In this document: in pieces, positions 12,900 to 29,400 of the stretch
Layout: every line of letters starts with the position of its first letter
Position numbering within the stretch: the first letter of the stretch is position 1
Assembly: GCF_009914755.1 (NCBI RefSeq)
Contig: NC_060939.1
Reading direction: 5' to 3' (one strand)
DNA length: 64,000 nucleotides
Origin: the human T2T-CHM13v2.0 reference genome, Homo sapiens
Notes under the pieces: model-generated
The model's database searches: none
What the model was told of the DNA's origin: nothing
Seen by the model: only the letters and a program-made list of their open reading frames with translations
Translations under genes and position numbers: made by a program

Positions 12900-13640
12900 T
12901 TAATTGTTGAATTTTTATTGTTAAAAATGTAACAGTTCATACTATGTAAAATAAAATGTGAAATCATACACTCCAACCCTTCTTCCCAGAGTAATCACTT
13001 TTAATAGCTATGGTCTATTTTATATATACAATTATATACTTAAAATATCTGGTACATATATAACAACAATAACAAGTTGGATTTTGCTGTGCACACTGAC
13101 TTTTAACTTGTTTTAGGACATCTTTCCATGTGAGTGTGTATAAATTTATGAGTTGTGTTGATAGCCATATGAAATTGTATTTTCTGGATATATCATAATT
13201 TATTTAACCAATTTCTTTTTGATGCTCCCAAATTTTTGATTGCAAACAAATGATGCAGTGAACCCACGTTTATAAATGTCCCCATTTGTGCACATGTGCA
13301 AGTAAACCATAGAATAAGTTTGTGGGTGTGGAATTGTAGGGCAAGAGGGCATGTGTAGTCACATTATTTCCAAATTGTTTACTAAACAGCTGATTTACAC
13401 TCCTTTGAGCAGCAAATGAGAGTGTCTGTTTCCACACTTCCTTGCCAACATATTGGTTATTTTCAGACTTCCTAGTCTTTTTGCCAATTTGATAGAAGAA
13501 AAAAAACCTCTGTAAATTTCATATTTTAAAATTATTAATGGAGTTGAGCATCTTTTCAGATTTTTATTGATGGTTTATATTGTTTCTGAGAATTGCCTAT
13601 TCATGTGTTTTATTCATATATCTATATCTTTTATTGAATC
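12900..13640 (-). mobile_element. L1ME-like fragment
   Basis: tgagagtgtctgtttccacac...gccaatttgatag...gttgagcatcttttca. Confidence 0.65.
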
Positions 13641-15734
13641 ATTGATTCATTTATAAATATAGATAATACGTAATTAAGAATAGGAATAATTTAAAACTTT
13701 ATAATTTGTCAAAACTTCCATAGCTGCTTGTGGTTCTTAACTTAGTGATAAGCAAACTGAGTAATTGGGTTAGTTATCTGACTCCTGCTAACCACTGCTC
13801 ATGCTAACCTGATGTGGATTCATAAGCTTTAAAACTGTTCTGTTTTGAGGAAAGAAAGTTAAATATTTTATTCATTGATTTGAGTAACAAATAGGAATTG
13901 AAACATGCTATTACCTCTTTTAAGACAGAAAGAACAATTTTGGTTTGAAGTGATTAAGTTCATTTAGTCAAATACTTGAGCCAGTTTGGCCCAAGGTACT
14001 GTGGTGATTTAAAGTGGAAAGTGGATTAAAAATGTGGCAGAAGAAACAAGTTTGGGAACAATGGATATTGGTTCCATTTTGGACACCTTGAGTCTGAAAT
14101 GTCAGCAGAACATCCCTGTAAAAGGGTTGCAGAATTAGGGCTCAGTTGAAAAGTCTAGGCTAGAAACGTAGGCTCACAGGTTATCTGATAGAGATGATAG
14201 TTCAAGTCATAAGTGTAGTTCATGACACTTAGGAAGGAAAAAGAAAGCCTGGGGCAAAGACTTAGGCATACATCTATATAGATGGGTTTCCAAAGGGAGG
14301 AAGCGTTCCTCTGTTTACTGAAGAAGATACCACTATTCAAGATACCACTAGACCTAGAATAAGAATTATATAAAATGATAAAGTTCATTTCGCCTATGGA
14401 GGCTTATTGAGAAACACCTGTGTGAATAAATGAGCTAGTGCTAAAGTAATGTCACTTCTTTCCCTAACCCCTGCAGGCATGTCATGGCCCTGGGTTAGAA
14501 CAGTAGGCAGGGAGAGCAAAGGCATACAGAGCCAATTTTGAACAATTCTTTAAGTGACATATATCATAACCACCCACTCTACTGGGCTGAAATGAACAAA
14601 GAATGACTTAATATGTGTCCCTGCTTAGAACAAAGCCTGGCTTATTCATGGAATGTAAACTGTTATTATTGTCGTTTTTATTATTGTATACTAGATGGAG
14701 AGGCTAGCTAAAAATACATGAAAATTAGATAACATGATTTGGTTTTTGTTTTTATTTGATGGCTGTGTGTAAATAGATTGTTAAATGAGTGAGCTTATGT
14801 TGAAGAGGATAAGGATTTGTTTAGTTTGGGATATTCAGCTAAGTTTCTTAAGACTTGAGCTGATTTTGAAGCCGTAAGTAGGGTTTTTAGATGCGCAGCC
14901 TTTTTTGTTTGTTTGTTTGTTTGTTTGTTTTTTGGCCAGGAGGGTAAAATACAGAGCATTATGAGGCAAAGTAAAGGCAAAAGCAACAGAAATGTTCCGT
15001 AAGCTGTTTCTTGTAAGGTTCATTTTTATTCTGGAATTAATAATTTGTCATATAGCAGAGGGGTGATGATGATGATGAAATCATAGCCAGATAATCTGTC
15101 ATGGTAGGAAGGAGGGTGGAGATAGTGCATGTTCCAATTTAATGAAAATTAACTTTATTATTACGTATTTGCTTTTTAAGACTTCATTTATTTCCTGTTA
15201 GATGTTGTGGGCATCTTTTATGAATCAGCGATTTCTCTGGAGTTTGTTCAAAGCCCGAGAAGTAAGCTTCAGGATTGTGTGTATTAGGAAGTTCTAAGGA
15301 GTTAGCGTTTGCCACTTTCTGAAGAATACTTTAAAAAAATTCTGTAAGCTTTGTGGAAGAGCGAATTTATTTCTTCTTCAGAGTAGTTACAGTTAAGTAG
15401 AGGCATTTCTGTTTCAGAGTCAGCCTTGTTAGTAATTGAAATTTTGGGGTAAGAAATGTAGACAACATTGTGATACTTGGCAGTTCCACTTTGTTCACAC
15501 TTAAACTCTGGGATTGCAGTGTGATGAGATGCTCATACTAAGGCATTCTGGAGCTGAGCTCAGCTGGTAGAAGTTCATATCTCATGTTTTGTGCTCATAT
15601 GAATGGCAGGTAGAATGGCTTGTTCTATTTAAATTAGTTCATATTCTCTCTCTCTTTGTCTCTCTCATTCTCATAGTTGAATTGTTTTAACTTAAATGTG
15701 TGTATGATATGACTTCTCTGTACTTTATGTACTT

Positions 15735-16040
15735 TTATTAAAAATTAATTAATTTAGAGACATAGTCTCACTCTGTTGCCTAGGCTGGAGTGCAGTGGTG
15801 TGGTCTGAGCTCACTGTAATCTCTGCCTCTTGGGCTCAAGTGATCCTCCTGCCTCAGCCTCCCAAGTAGCTGGGACTACAGGTGCACACCACCATGCCCA
15901 GCTAGTTTCTTAATTTTTTTTTTAGAAACAAGATCTTACTATATTGTCCAGGCTTGTTTTGAACTCCTGGGCTCAAGTAATTCTCCTGCCTTGGCCCCCC
16001 AAAGTGCTGGGATTACAGATGTGAGCCACTACACTTGGCC
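15735..16040 (-). mobile_element. AluJ
   Basis: Full dimer with gggctcaagtgatcctcc. Confidence 0.93.
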
Positions 16041-16044
16041 CTGT

Positions 16045-17280
16045 AGTCATATATTTATGTTATGTTTGTAGCATGTGGTTAGGTTTTGTTTTCTTTTGCC
16101 TGACAGTTTTTGTCTTCTTACTAAATCATGTCTATTTAATGTAATAGTTCATATATTTGGCTTTAAACCTCCCATTTTATTATTTACTTCTGCTTGCACT
16201 GCTTATTCTGTATTCCCCTTTCTCTCTTTTCCTGCCTTCCTTGGATTATTTTAAGTTACTCTGTATTTCCCTCTCTTTTAGCTTGCCAGTTATAATTTCT
16301 TTCACTATTCATTTAGTGTTTCCTAAATGCATCTTTAACTTGTTATTTGTATGATTTCATGGACAGTGCAAGGCCTCTATAACACCTGAATTCCATTTGT
16401 CCTTCTCTTTTGTTTTAATGTTATTATGTTATTGTTGTGTATTTTAGTTCTCTGTATGTTTAAGATCCATCAGATGTTATTTCATACTCACTATTCATTT
16501 AGTTTTAGTTATTTAAATTCATTAATTTATTCATTTAGATTTACCCACGTATTTCGTTTGTGAGTTGCTCTTCATTTTTTTTTTTTCTGCATCTCTGATC
16601 TTTCATCTGGGATCATTTCTTTCTGCCTGGAGAATATAATTTAGCATTTAGTTAGGTTTGTTGGAGATGAATTTTCTCAGCTTTTGTCTGTCTGAAAACA
16701 TTTGTATTTCACCTTCATTTTTAGATTTTTGTGGAGAGGGTGCTGGATGTAGAATTCTAGGTAAACAGTGTGTTTTTTCAACACTTTACATATGTTGTTC
16801 CATGTCCACTGAACTCTATCTTTTCTAGTAAGAAGTCAACTGTCTTATTTTTCTTCTTTTGTGAGTAATGTGCTTACCTCCCGCCTTTGGCCACTTTTAA
16901 GATTTGTTCTTTAGTTATGGTTGTCAGAAATGTCACTATGATGTGCCTAGTTATGGTTTTCTTTGTATTTATCCCGCTTATTGAGCTTGTTGTATGTGTG
17001 GGCTGATCACTTTCATCACTTTTGGAGAGTTCTTGGCTTGGCTGTTAATCCCTTCAAATATTTTTTTCTGAATTAAATTCCATTAGAATTTAGTTCACTT
17101 AGGCTCCCTTACATCCTTATCTCTCTGACGGGTTCAGAAAAACTATAGATTTGTAGCTTGTCTGCCCTGTTTTGGTTGTTAGGAAAACAGTAATAGTCCT
17201 GATAACTTTACATTCTGATTAGAGGCAGCACTCTCTATATTGAATTCTTAATTTCATTTTATTGACCTTTTCAGTTCTGT
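16045..17280 (-). mobile_element. Old L1M fragment
   Basis: ctcagcttttgtctgtctgaaaa...tttcaccttcatttt...atgtgcctag is typical antisense L1M. Confidence 0.65.
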
Positions 17281-17282
17281 AA

Positions 17283-17599
17283 TTTCTTTTTATTTCTTTC
17301 TTTCTTTTCTTTTTTTTTTTTTTTGAGACGGAGTCTTGCTCTGTCACCCAGGCTGGAGTGCAGTGGCATGATCTTGGCTCACTGCAGGTTCATGCCATTC
17401 TCCTGTCTCAGCATCCCAAGTAGCTGGGACTACAGGCGCCTGCCACCATGCCCGGCTAATTTTCTTATTTTTTGTACGTTTAGTAGTGACGGGGTTTCAT
17501 CGTGTTAGCCAGGATGGTCTCGATCTCCTGACCTCGTGATCCACCCACCTCGGCCTCCCAAAGTGCTGGGATTACAGGCTTGAGCCACCGCACCTGGCC
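17283..17599 (-). mobile_element. AluY-like with ~15-nt internal deletion
   Basis: Y diagnostics gtgttagccaggatggtctcgatctcctgacctcgtg; agctccgcctcccg segment missing. Confidence 0.93.
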
Positions 17600-18715
17600 T
17601 CTTTTTTTTTTTTTTTTTTTTTTAAATAGTTTGCAGGTCTCTGCTGAAGTTCTCCATCTTGTGTTTTTATTCCTTTAACCCACTCCAGCATGTGTGTTCC
17701 CGTAGGAGTTTTGCTTTTATGTCTGTTTTATCACCTGATTTGGGAGGGTTTCTTTTCATGTTCTTAGTTGTGATTGAATGACAGGTGTTGTGTATGAAAA
17801 ATTATCGAGATAATCTGGATGATACTGTCTTCTCAGGATTTACCTTTACTTCTGGTAGGTGGTTATGCTGGAGGTACTAACAGTCTCCTACCACATTACA
17901 TAGGGATTGAGGTGATTTAAAATTAGGCTTTAGACTCTATGAGTTGAAATAGTTTAGGTATACCTTTAGTTCTTAGATGTAGCCCTTTGAGGCTCTGATC
18001 CACAGTTTAAGGGGTTTACCCTCCCTCTTGGCAGGCCCTCACTCCAGTTTTTGTCCCCTTAGGGCTTGGGTCTGTCGAAAGCTATGCTCATCTCAGCCTC
18101 TTCAGCAGTAGCCTTTAGAATCTGCCGATAGCTCTAGGCCAAAAGGAGCCCCACATACCAGATTTGTCCCTTTGGCTTTTCTTTCTTTTTGCATCTTGGT
18201 TCCTCAATTCCTCATTGCCTTGATTGCCTTTACACAGATATTTTGTGTTTTGTCTAGTTTCTTTAGTTATTCTCAGCGGGAGAATTGGTCTAAACCATCT
18301 ACTCTATCATTCCTGAAAGCTGAATTCTCTCAATGCCTCTTTCATCATTTCTGTTATTTGTGGAAGTTTGTCTGGTTTTTCATCACATGTAGTCTGCTGT
18401 TTGGTGTCCCATTTGTATTTCTTTGGAAAATTATTGAGTAGCCAAAAGCAATCCTCCTGATTTCAGATTGTTCTGTTTTCATATACACAGTATTCTTTTA
18501 AGTTTCTTTAGGATTTCTGTAATTGGGATTTCTGCAGTTGGGAATTCTAATGATATTCTAAAATTTGTTTCTCTCTCTCTGTAAATTTTCCGGGGAAATT
18601 TTTGCTCCAGTTGATAGAACAATCATTCTTTTAGCTTCTAGGTCTTTTCAAATGTCTGTTTGTGGTGACCATGATGATATGATGGTGTCTATATATATTC
18701 AGTATTGCTGGTTGA

Positions 18716-19196
<481 letters not shown>

Positions 19197-19444
19197 CTGA
19201 AATGGATGATTTTCAAGCTTGTGTGGGTTCCTGTTCTAATATTTCAGGTATAGATGAAAGAAGAGAAAGTTTTAGATTTGCAACCATTTAACAGTTTGAT
19301 TGACATTCCTAGATTATTGGTTTAACAGAATGATCTACATTCCTATATCATTAGTTTGGTGGTTTGCAGGGAGTAGGGGCAAGATATAGCCAGATAGCTA
19401 TGAGACAGGGAGGTTTACTGCTAACGCATTGTTTGCAATGCTGA

Positions 19445-19825
<381 letters not shown>

Positions 19826-20251
19826 TAATCCTCAACATGAGTGCTGAACCAGATGCTTTGCCAGCCTTTTTTCTTGGAGGTATCATGGGTCCGTCCACAT
19901 ATGCTTGTCGCTATTCTGTGATTTCCAGTGGAGGTACAGATTTTCCCCCTTGGTGTTTTTATTTATTAATTTTTTAAAAATTTGTTCAGTTATTTTAGTG
20001 GATATTAAGATAAGGTGTTGGTGGGCATTGGTTAAATGCATGAGCTTAGTTTTGCCATCTTGGACTGAGAATCTACACTGGGTATTTTGTTGTTGTTCTC
20101 ATTTGGTTTAGTTTGATGTCTGATCCAATTAAAAAGAATAGTGTTTTTTTTTAACTTTTATGTACATTTAGATTGAAATTCTGCAATCACTGAAGGACTG
20201 TGCTAGGCTAGTTAGCTCCTGACTGATGTAAAACCTTTGATAGAGTGGGGC

Positions 20252-20674
<423 letters not shown>

Positions 20675-20939
20675 TGAGGCAGAGATACCTTTCTCTGAGG
20701 CCAAGAGACTTTTTTTTTTTAAAGAGAGAGAAACAGTGTTTGATCAAAGTTTTTGTTTTTTAACCCATTAGTTAGATTGTTGAATATCAATTAATATATA
20801 AACATTGATAATAGTTTTTATATCTATAGAAAATATTCCAGTTAAAATCTTATCTATAATTTCAGTTGAATTACTCATTTTTATAGTAAATTTCTGTTTA
20901 TTCTCTGACTAGATGATTATATCAATTAAGGGTTTATGG

Positions 20940-21000
20940 TTTATATATTTTTATATATATACACATACGTATATATATACGCACACACGCACATATAATA
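20940..21000. repeat. (TA)n/(CA)n compound microsatellite
   Basis: tatatatatacacatacgtatatatatacgcacacacgcacatata. Confidence 0.85.
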
Positions 21001-21867
21001 GATATAATTTACCCATGTTACACATATTTAGAAAGTAGGATAGTATGGATTTTATGGCATTTTTATTTTTTAATTTGTTAAATAAGGAATTCAGAGTTTA
21101 GTAAGGTAGGTAGGACATGAGACAGAAAAGTAGAGGCATTATATATTCATTTTTACTTAAAGGAAGAAGAGTTAGCAGTCTGCTTCCACCTTAAAGCTAG
21201 AGTTTGCTAGTTGGGAAATAATGCTTTGGAAGTGGTTTGACAGATTGAGTATAGTATAAGGAATTGGGAAAAAGCAGGCAACTGTGGCCAAAAAGTAGAT
21301 TGGAAAGGAAAATGGCTAGCTTCAATATGTTGGCATGGGGAAAACAAGGTTATATCTGTTAGAGGCATAAAATACTCTGTACAGAGAGTTGGTTGTCTTC
21401 ATTTTATATCCAACAAGAATAGTACAATTTAGGGAAAGTTATTAAATTGAACCTTTCAGACTAATGCTTTGCCATGATGTAGGTTAATTTCCCTATATGT
21501 CGTTCATCCTTGCTCAAATATGTATTTTATTTGTAATATTATAAAGTTGATATAAAAAATACACTTGATGCCAGATTTTCAGTTTTTAATACAGTGGCTT
21601 TCACACTTGTTCAGGTGTTAGAACATCTGGAAGTAGTGGTATACTTTGAGAGATATCATGAACTATATTTTAATTACATGAAACAAATGAAGTGTAATTT
21701 TACTAGCTGTAGCTATAACTCATGTGAGTGTAACTCAACTCGGTAGAAATATTTAAGGAGCATTTGTTATGTATCATAAATGCATAATTTCATGATGAAA
21801 GTGAATCATGGAAGAGCTAGAAGAAAATAGAAAAGAGGTTTTTAAAAAGCCTTATCAATAGTGTATA

Positions 21868-22187
21868 CAGTAGTCCCCCCTTATCCATGGGAGATACATT
21901 CCAAGATCCTAGTATACGCCTTGAAACCATGGATAGTATCAAATCTATATACCAGTTTTTTTCCCTGTACATACATATGGCAAAGTTTAATTTATAAATT
22001 AGGTACAGTAAGATATTAATAATAACTAGAACAGTTATGACATATTGTCATAAAAGTTAAGTGAATGTTCTGTCTCTCTGTCTCACAGATTATCTAAATA
22101 TTTTCATATCATGGTTGACTATGGGTAACTGAAACTGTAGAAAGTGAAACCGTGGAAAGCAAAACTGTGGATAAGGAGGGACTGCTG
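21868..22187 (+). mobile_element. MER44/Tigger7-type non-autonomous TcMar-Tigger element, complete
   Basis: TIRs CAGTAGTCCCCCCTTATCCA ... TGGATAAGGAGGGACTGCTG with a TA duplication on both sides. Confidence 0.88.
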
Positions 22188-22259
22188 TAATATCTTTTAA
22201 GATTATATCTTCAGTAGGGGCTGGTTGCCTTAGCCATTGGCAGCATGCTGAAGTGATTC

Positions 22260-22534
<275 letters not shown>

Positions 22535-22809
22535 TAAGCGATTCTTTATGTGTAGTTACTACTTTCAGGGCATCATTACACATCTACTGAGAGAAAATTT
22601 GTGGTTCTGGGGCCTGGAAATCTGAATTTTGAGAAGCATCTGATGGATTTTGTATTCATAAAGTTTGAGAAACATTTTCTAAGTGCTGATTGAAAAGAAC
22701 AGGATATTGCTTCAGAATTTAAAAGAAACAGTGTTTGAGAATGAACTCCTCCTCCAGGGAAAAATGTAATTTATGTATGATGGGGTAGTTGCTATTTATT
22801 CACTTAGGT

Positions 22810-23110
22810 GTTTTTTGTTTGTTTGTTTGTTTGTTTTTTTGAGACAGAGTCTCACTCCATCACCCAGGCTGGAGTGCAGTGCTGCCATCACAGCTTACTG
22901 CAGCCTTGACCTTGTGGGCTGAGTTGATTGTCCCATCTCAGCCTCTCAATGGCTGGGACTACCATGCTTGGCTAATTTTTTGTATTTATTTGTAGAGACA
23001 GGGTTTTGCCATGTTGCCCAGGCTGGGCTCAAACTTCTAGGCTCAAATGATCGGCCCACCGTGGCTTCCCAGATTGCTGGGATTACAGGTGTAAGCCACC
23101 ACACCTGGCC
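22810..23110 (-). mobile_element. AluJ
   Basis: Full dimer with (GTTT)n tail. Confidence 0.92.
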
Positions 23111-23231
23111 CACTTTTGTTTTAAGAAATGTCTTTATAACTGAATATTGAAAACAATTGCCGTTCTCTGAAAGTCTTTTAGTTGTTTTTCCATAGAAATG
23201 ATCATACTATATCTGATGGCTTTTAATTTAA

Positions 23232-23549
<318 letters not shown>

Positions 23550-23774
23550 AGCTTTTAATTTTTTTTTTTAACTGTGAAATGTCATTAGAATTTGGATTGT
23601 ATTTCATTAATGTAATATCTGGAAGATTCAAAGTTATAATTTTTAAAAGTTTTAATTTTGCTTTATTAACTGACTCAACTGTTGGACGGAAGCAGGAACA
23701 TAAATGAAAAGGTCATCTGAAAGTCTCATGTATACAAGCTTTTTCTAACTCTCCAAAACAAGGTGAATTTCAGA

Positions 23775-25150
23775 CAAATTCAGTAAACCTTTATTGAGTA
23801 CATGTTGCATGCTCTATGTTGGGACCATGAGGATGATTAAAACTTACATCCTGTCCTGGTAAAGTTCACACTTGTGGGAATGAGATAGGGTAGGAATACA
23901 TGTAAACAAGCGATTTGTGCTTTGCCTAAATTTAATGAATTTAAAAGGTTATTAAATAAAGTGACCATCATAATACATGAAGAAAAAGTGTGTGTGTGCT
24001 TGCGTGCATGGAGGTGGGGTTGTGGTGGTGATGGTCATGTTTCATACTTAGGCCCGTTGTAGTAGCCTAGGTAGTTTACAGAGGTAAATTGGATTAGCAT
24101 GATGGCAGTGTAGAGAAGTACATGGAATAGAAAGATATTTAGATGATAAAGTAGAATTTGGTGATGGATTGGATATGGTGGTGAGGGAGAGGGACATGTC
24201 AAAGATGATTCCTAAGGTTCTTTAGGATTTGCATAGCAGGATGATGGGTGCTGATGTCTTTTACGGAGAAAGAACTAAGTTTGGGGGACAAGAAGAACAT
24301 GCGTTTAATTTTGGACATTATGAATTTGATACACCTTTGTGATATCCAGGGGCAGCATTACAGTCTGGAGTGTGATGGAAGACATGGGCTGTAGATTTGT
24401 GAGTCATATGCTTAGAATGTGGTTGAATTGAGAAAGATGGGTTATTATAAGACAGAGAAGTGAGCGGAGAAGTAGGAGGAAAACTAGGAGAAGGTTGTAT
24501 CACAGGAACCAAGGAGGAGAGTATCTGATTCTGCTGGCAGAATTAAGTATGCTGATGATTGGAGAGTCTTTTGCATTTACCTGTCAGTCACTGTTGACCT
24601 TACTGACAGCTGGAGATGGAATTTGGAAGCAGGTTGAGGGACAAGTGGGAAGGGAGGAAATGAAGACTGAAAAGTTCCAGAAATTTAGCCATGATGGGGA
24701 TGACTGAATGTAGTGGTTGAGGTCTCATGAGTTGGGTGTGTGTGTGTGTCTGTTTAATGGATGAGATTCTGGAGCGTATTTAAAAATGGAAGGCTCTATT
24801 TGAGAGGGATAGTTTAAGTATGCAAGGAAAATGGGATAACTGACAGTGTAAGTTTCCTGGGAAGGTTGGGAGAACACGGGGTTTTGAGCACAAGTAGAAA
24901 GATTTGCATTCGACCCATTGTAGGAGAGAGAACTCTCCTTTAACGAGAGGGAAGGAACATAAGAACAGGTGAATATTATTGTTAATGAGGCAGTGAGGCC
25001 TTTTGCTGTACGTGATAAGCAGGAAATGGTTTTCAGGAGTGTTGAGGAATTGGTTGACCAGAGAGGTAGGATTACTATTACCAGAACTAATATGAGAATG
25101 TACCATACTAGGAGATTTAACAGGATTGTAAATTATATGGGAATAGTATT
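23775..25150 (-). mobile_element. L2, long degraded fragment
   Basis: ttattgagta...ttggtgatggattggatatgg...tcaaagatgattcctaag...ttttggaca. Confidence 0.7.
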
Positions 25151-28100
25151 GTTTTCAGTGCCTTTTCCCCCTCATCTGCCAGGCCTCAGTGAGCCCATTG
25201 GAGATTGTAGATTCCCAGTAAGTATTTACCCTACTCTAGAATCTTAAATGAAAAATGCATAAACAGTAGCTACTCTTGTCTGACTTGAATTTTGTGGACT
25301 AATGATAGAATTAATAAGTGAAGGAGGTCTCTTACTATAACAGTGTTTAATTCACCATTTCAACAAATCTCTCCCTGCAGCCTACTAAGCTTTTTCTTTA
25401 ATTAAGTACCTGATTTACACAGCAGATTTTACTCATTTGAGGACTCAAGTCATGTCTAAACAGATAAAGGTATCAGCTCAGGCATAGTTCAGGTACCTTG
25501 TAAATGCAATCAGAGTTGTTCTGCAGGGTAATTCAGTTTTAGACATCCATTTCTAAAAACGTGTTCTGTCTGAAAATGGAGGCCTTAATAACCAATTTCT
25601 CGTTATTCAGAGGCCAGTTATCTAGTTTATTTATCAAGATTAGGCAGTCACCTTGTTTTTCACTCCTTTCTAATCTCTCTGACTGTTTTGTTGTTTTAAA
25701 CTCATGAGTAAGATAAGGAGAAGAAAAACAGAGAATGTACATAAATTAATGGCTAAAATGAAGTGTTCCTTTGCATGTTTCTTTTTCTTATGCTTTATTT
25801 CTGTGACTCATACGGAGCTGTTAGAAGTGACTTCATATAATATTATACAGTGTAATAAAATGGGTTTTCGATGTGTGAGGATACCCTCATGTTATTTAGA
25901 TTATGGACACAATTAACAATTCCAGACAGAATTATTTTCTCATGTTTGAAGTAGTATAGGCACATGGCCCTTTATGGGAGGGGGGAAGCTCTTCTCTGTG
26001 TGCCCACTTTTCACATCCCTCTCCAGCATGACTCTCCCCTTTCTGTCAGTCTTACCCCAGGAGTCCCTGGCCTCCTTCCTCTCCTTGACACTGTTTGCTT
26101 TGCAAGCATATGAAATACTGGCACCCTATGACCAGGGTAGACTACAACCAGGGTTGGGGTGCAGGAGCCAGATGGAGAAATTCAAATTATGATCATGAGA
26201 ACATGTTCCTCTAGGTAGTGGCCATACTTTTATCTCTATATCCTTAGGACGTAACACAGTGCCTGGCATATAATGTGTCTCCAGAAATATTTTGTTTTTG
26301 AATTAAAGACTATTTCAAAATTACAGAGTCATAGGAGGAATCATTTAATTTATTTTTCTGCTTTTATAGGTGAAAAAAGTGAGGCTTAGATTCATAGCAC
26401 CTATTTAAGTTCCTCTGACATGACCAGTTATGCTTTAGACCATACAAAGAAGTAAGTGAATATGATATACAATTCCAGCCTTCTAGAAGTCCAAAGTTAA
26501 ATAGAACGTCCAGCAGCCTTTTATCTAGCAGGGATTTTTGTGGGGGCGGGAAAGGGACAGAGGGAAGGATGTGATGGTGGTGCTTTGTTTTGGTTGTGGT
26601 GCCTGTGTTGCTTGATACTGTGTTATGGCAGGTACAGAGTTGCATAATATAGCTTTTGCCCTTAAGGAACTTGTCTAATGTAACCTGAGACAACATATTA
26701 AGAATCAGTGTGTCTCAAAGCAGTATATGATTAAATGCCAGATGAGTGGTGCACTTTTATGTATGCCAACTTTATAAAATGAAAAAATGCTAATGATCCA
26801 TCACGAGGCAGACATGCACTTTCAGTTGCTATTCTGAAAGTGGAAACAGATTGGACTTGGGGGAACTCTGCATCTAGAAGTACAAGTTGATGATTATTGT
26901 CCATTTGATAGAGACACTGGAAGGGTGTCAGTGTAAACACTGGCCATGTGAAGTGAGCCTGTTGATGGTTTCTTTTGTATCATAGGATGCCACGTCACCA
27001 ACTAGGGAATTCTGCCCAATCAGTTGAGCCAAATAGTGCTGTCCTATTGTAAAATTGTTTAATCTGTGTGCTTGTGTGTGTGCTTGTCAGAATTTGTGAA
27101 TCATAGAATTGTTTTAACTGGAAGAAGACCCCCAAGATCATCTGCTTCAACCCCTTCCTTCCTCTCTTTTCCAGAGAGGTTGCACTTCACTTGAGCTGTG
27201 ACTAGGATTATGCCACATTCTTTTGTAAGTTGTAACCTATTTTTGTCTGTTTTGAATTTCCTTTTTTTGCTAAGCTTTAGCACAAAGTTCACCAGGTTTT
27301 GAATGAATGTCTCATATTTGCAATAATTTAGGGAACAGTTGAGCATGGAAGGAGAGAATAGAAATATGGGGAGGGAGATCGTGAAATGATGTTTCCAGTG
27401 GAATTAATAGAAGTACAAAGGACCAAGAATTAAGGTGCGGCTCAGATCTCCCTTTTGTCTGCTTTTGGTTTGTGATGGTATAACATTGCCTGCAAACAGC
27501 CACGATGAATATTTTCATTTTTATTAATAGCAATATGGGGGCATGAATAGATTCTGTGATATTTTTAGATACGCAGAGACTGTGAAGAAAATGACATTTA
27601 GTATATAATTTTTACCCTGCTCTTAAGGTGTTTGTAATCTAGTTGAGAGGTCCTACCTTCAAAAGGTTTACGATCTGATTGGAGACTGAAGGACCTAAAG
27701 AAGTTAAGTAACAATGTCATATCTCTGTCCTTTCTGCTAAATGAATGCTACTTACTATTTTTCCAGTGCCTAGAAGAGTGCCAGGCCCATAGTTGATTTT
27801 CAGTAAGTATTGGTTGTATAGATAAATAGAAGGTACTGACAGTAAGCATGAGAGGACCTCTGAGTGGTGTGGCATTTGGAGAAGGCCTGGGATCTTGTAC
27901 AGTGCAAAGCTTAAGTAACTTCATTCTAAGTTTGTATTTCCAACTCCCCCAACCTCAGCATGTTCTCCCCACCCACCTCCTCACACCCCAAAGCAGTCCC
28001 TGTCTTTTGTTAACTGATTTTTTTCTTTGGAAGCAAGCCTGATCTTTCTCACGTTTATTTTGCTACTGCTCAGGCTACCTTCTTTTCTTATCTCTACCTT

Positions 28101-28319
28101 TCCTCTTTCTCACAACATTGCTGTTCCTCTTCAAGGATTTAGAAGGATCATGTTTTGGTTTATAAGACAACTGTGTTTTCTTAGGTCCTTCTTCTCTCCA
28201 GGGATTATTGTAGGAGGTAAGGCACTTTCTGTGGAAGAACTGAGTTATCAGAAAAAGTTCAGAAACATATTCTATGATTATTTAGAGGAAAACTGTAGGA
28301 TAGTGATATCTTATAATAA

Positions 28320-28655
<336 letters not shown>

Positions 28656-28944
28656 TAATTGACTGCATATTTTTAAACACAAATTAAACTAGTTATGTTC
28701 TCCACCCTACTCAGTTTTGGCAGTATAAAGGCCTGTTTCACAGAGAAGAACACATAAACAAGTAAGTACAAGGAAGCTTGTGTGAATGAAGTTCTGCTGT
28801 ACAGCTCAGTGACTTTCTCTGATTTAAGATGTAGCTCTTGGCAATTTCAAATAGTTTGTGTTCTCTGAAGGAGAAGTCCAGTCTATTTAACTGTGTTTAG
28901 CAAAAACTAATTATGATTCTCTGATGGGAAATAGATTCTCAGAC

Positions 28945-29400
28945 TCATTTATTCATTCAACAAGCATTTATTGAGCAGCTATGTATGAGGCACTGTGCTA
29001 GGTAACGGGAGAAATAAGTTACCAGTCTAACAAATGGCATATCATATGTAAAAATAATACTGCTGAGGAGAAGGTGATATATGCTGTAAAAGGGGTGCAG
29101 AGTGCTTTGGGTTTTCTAAAAATGAGAAGGTTACTTCCATGAAGCAACTCAGTGTAAGCTTTATGGGATGATAGAATTTGATAGATCTTGAAGGCTGGGT
29201 ACATGGTTCCTCTGTCCATTGCGCAGGATGTTGGCCCTGGCTTAGCAGTGGAGACAAACCTATGGCGATGGGAAGCGGGAGAGGAAGTATAATGAGCAAA
29301 CATCTAGAAGTGGGAAAGCATTGGTGATATGGGCAACAGAAAGTAATTTACTTGGAGGTTTAGGGTGGTGATGTGAAGTGGCACAAGAAAGGGATAGAAA
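28945..29400 (-). mobile_element. L2 3' end
   Basis: tcatttattcattcaacaagcatttattgagc...ggcactgtgctagg. Confidence 0.75.
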
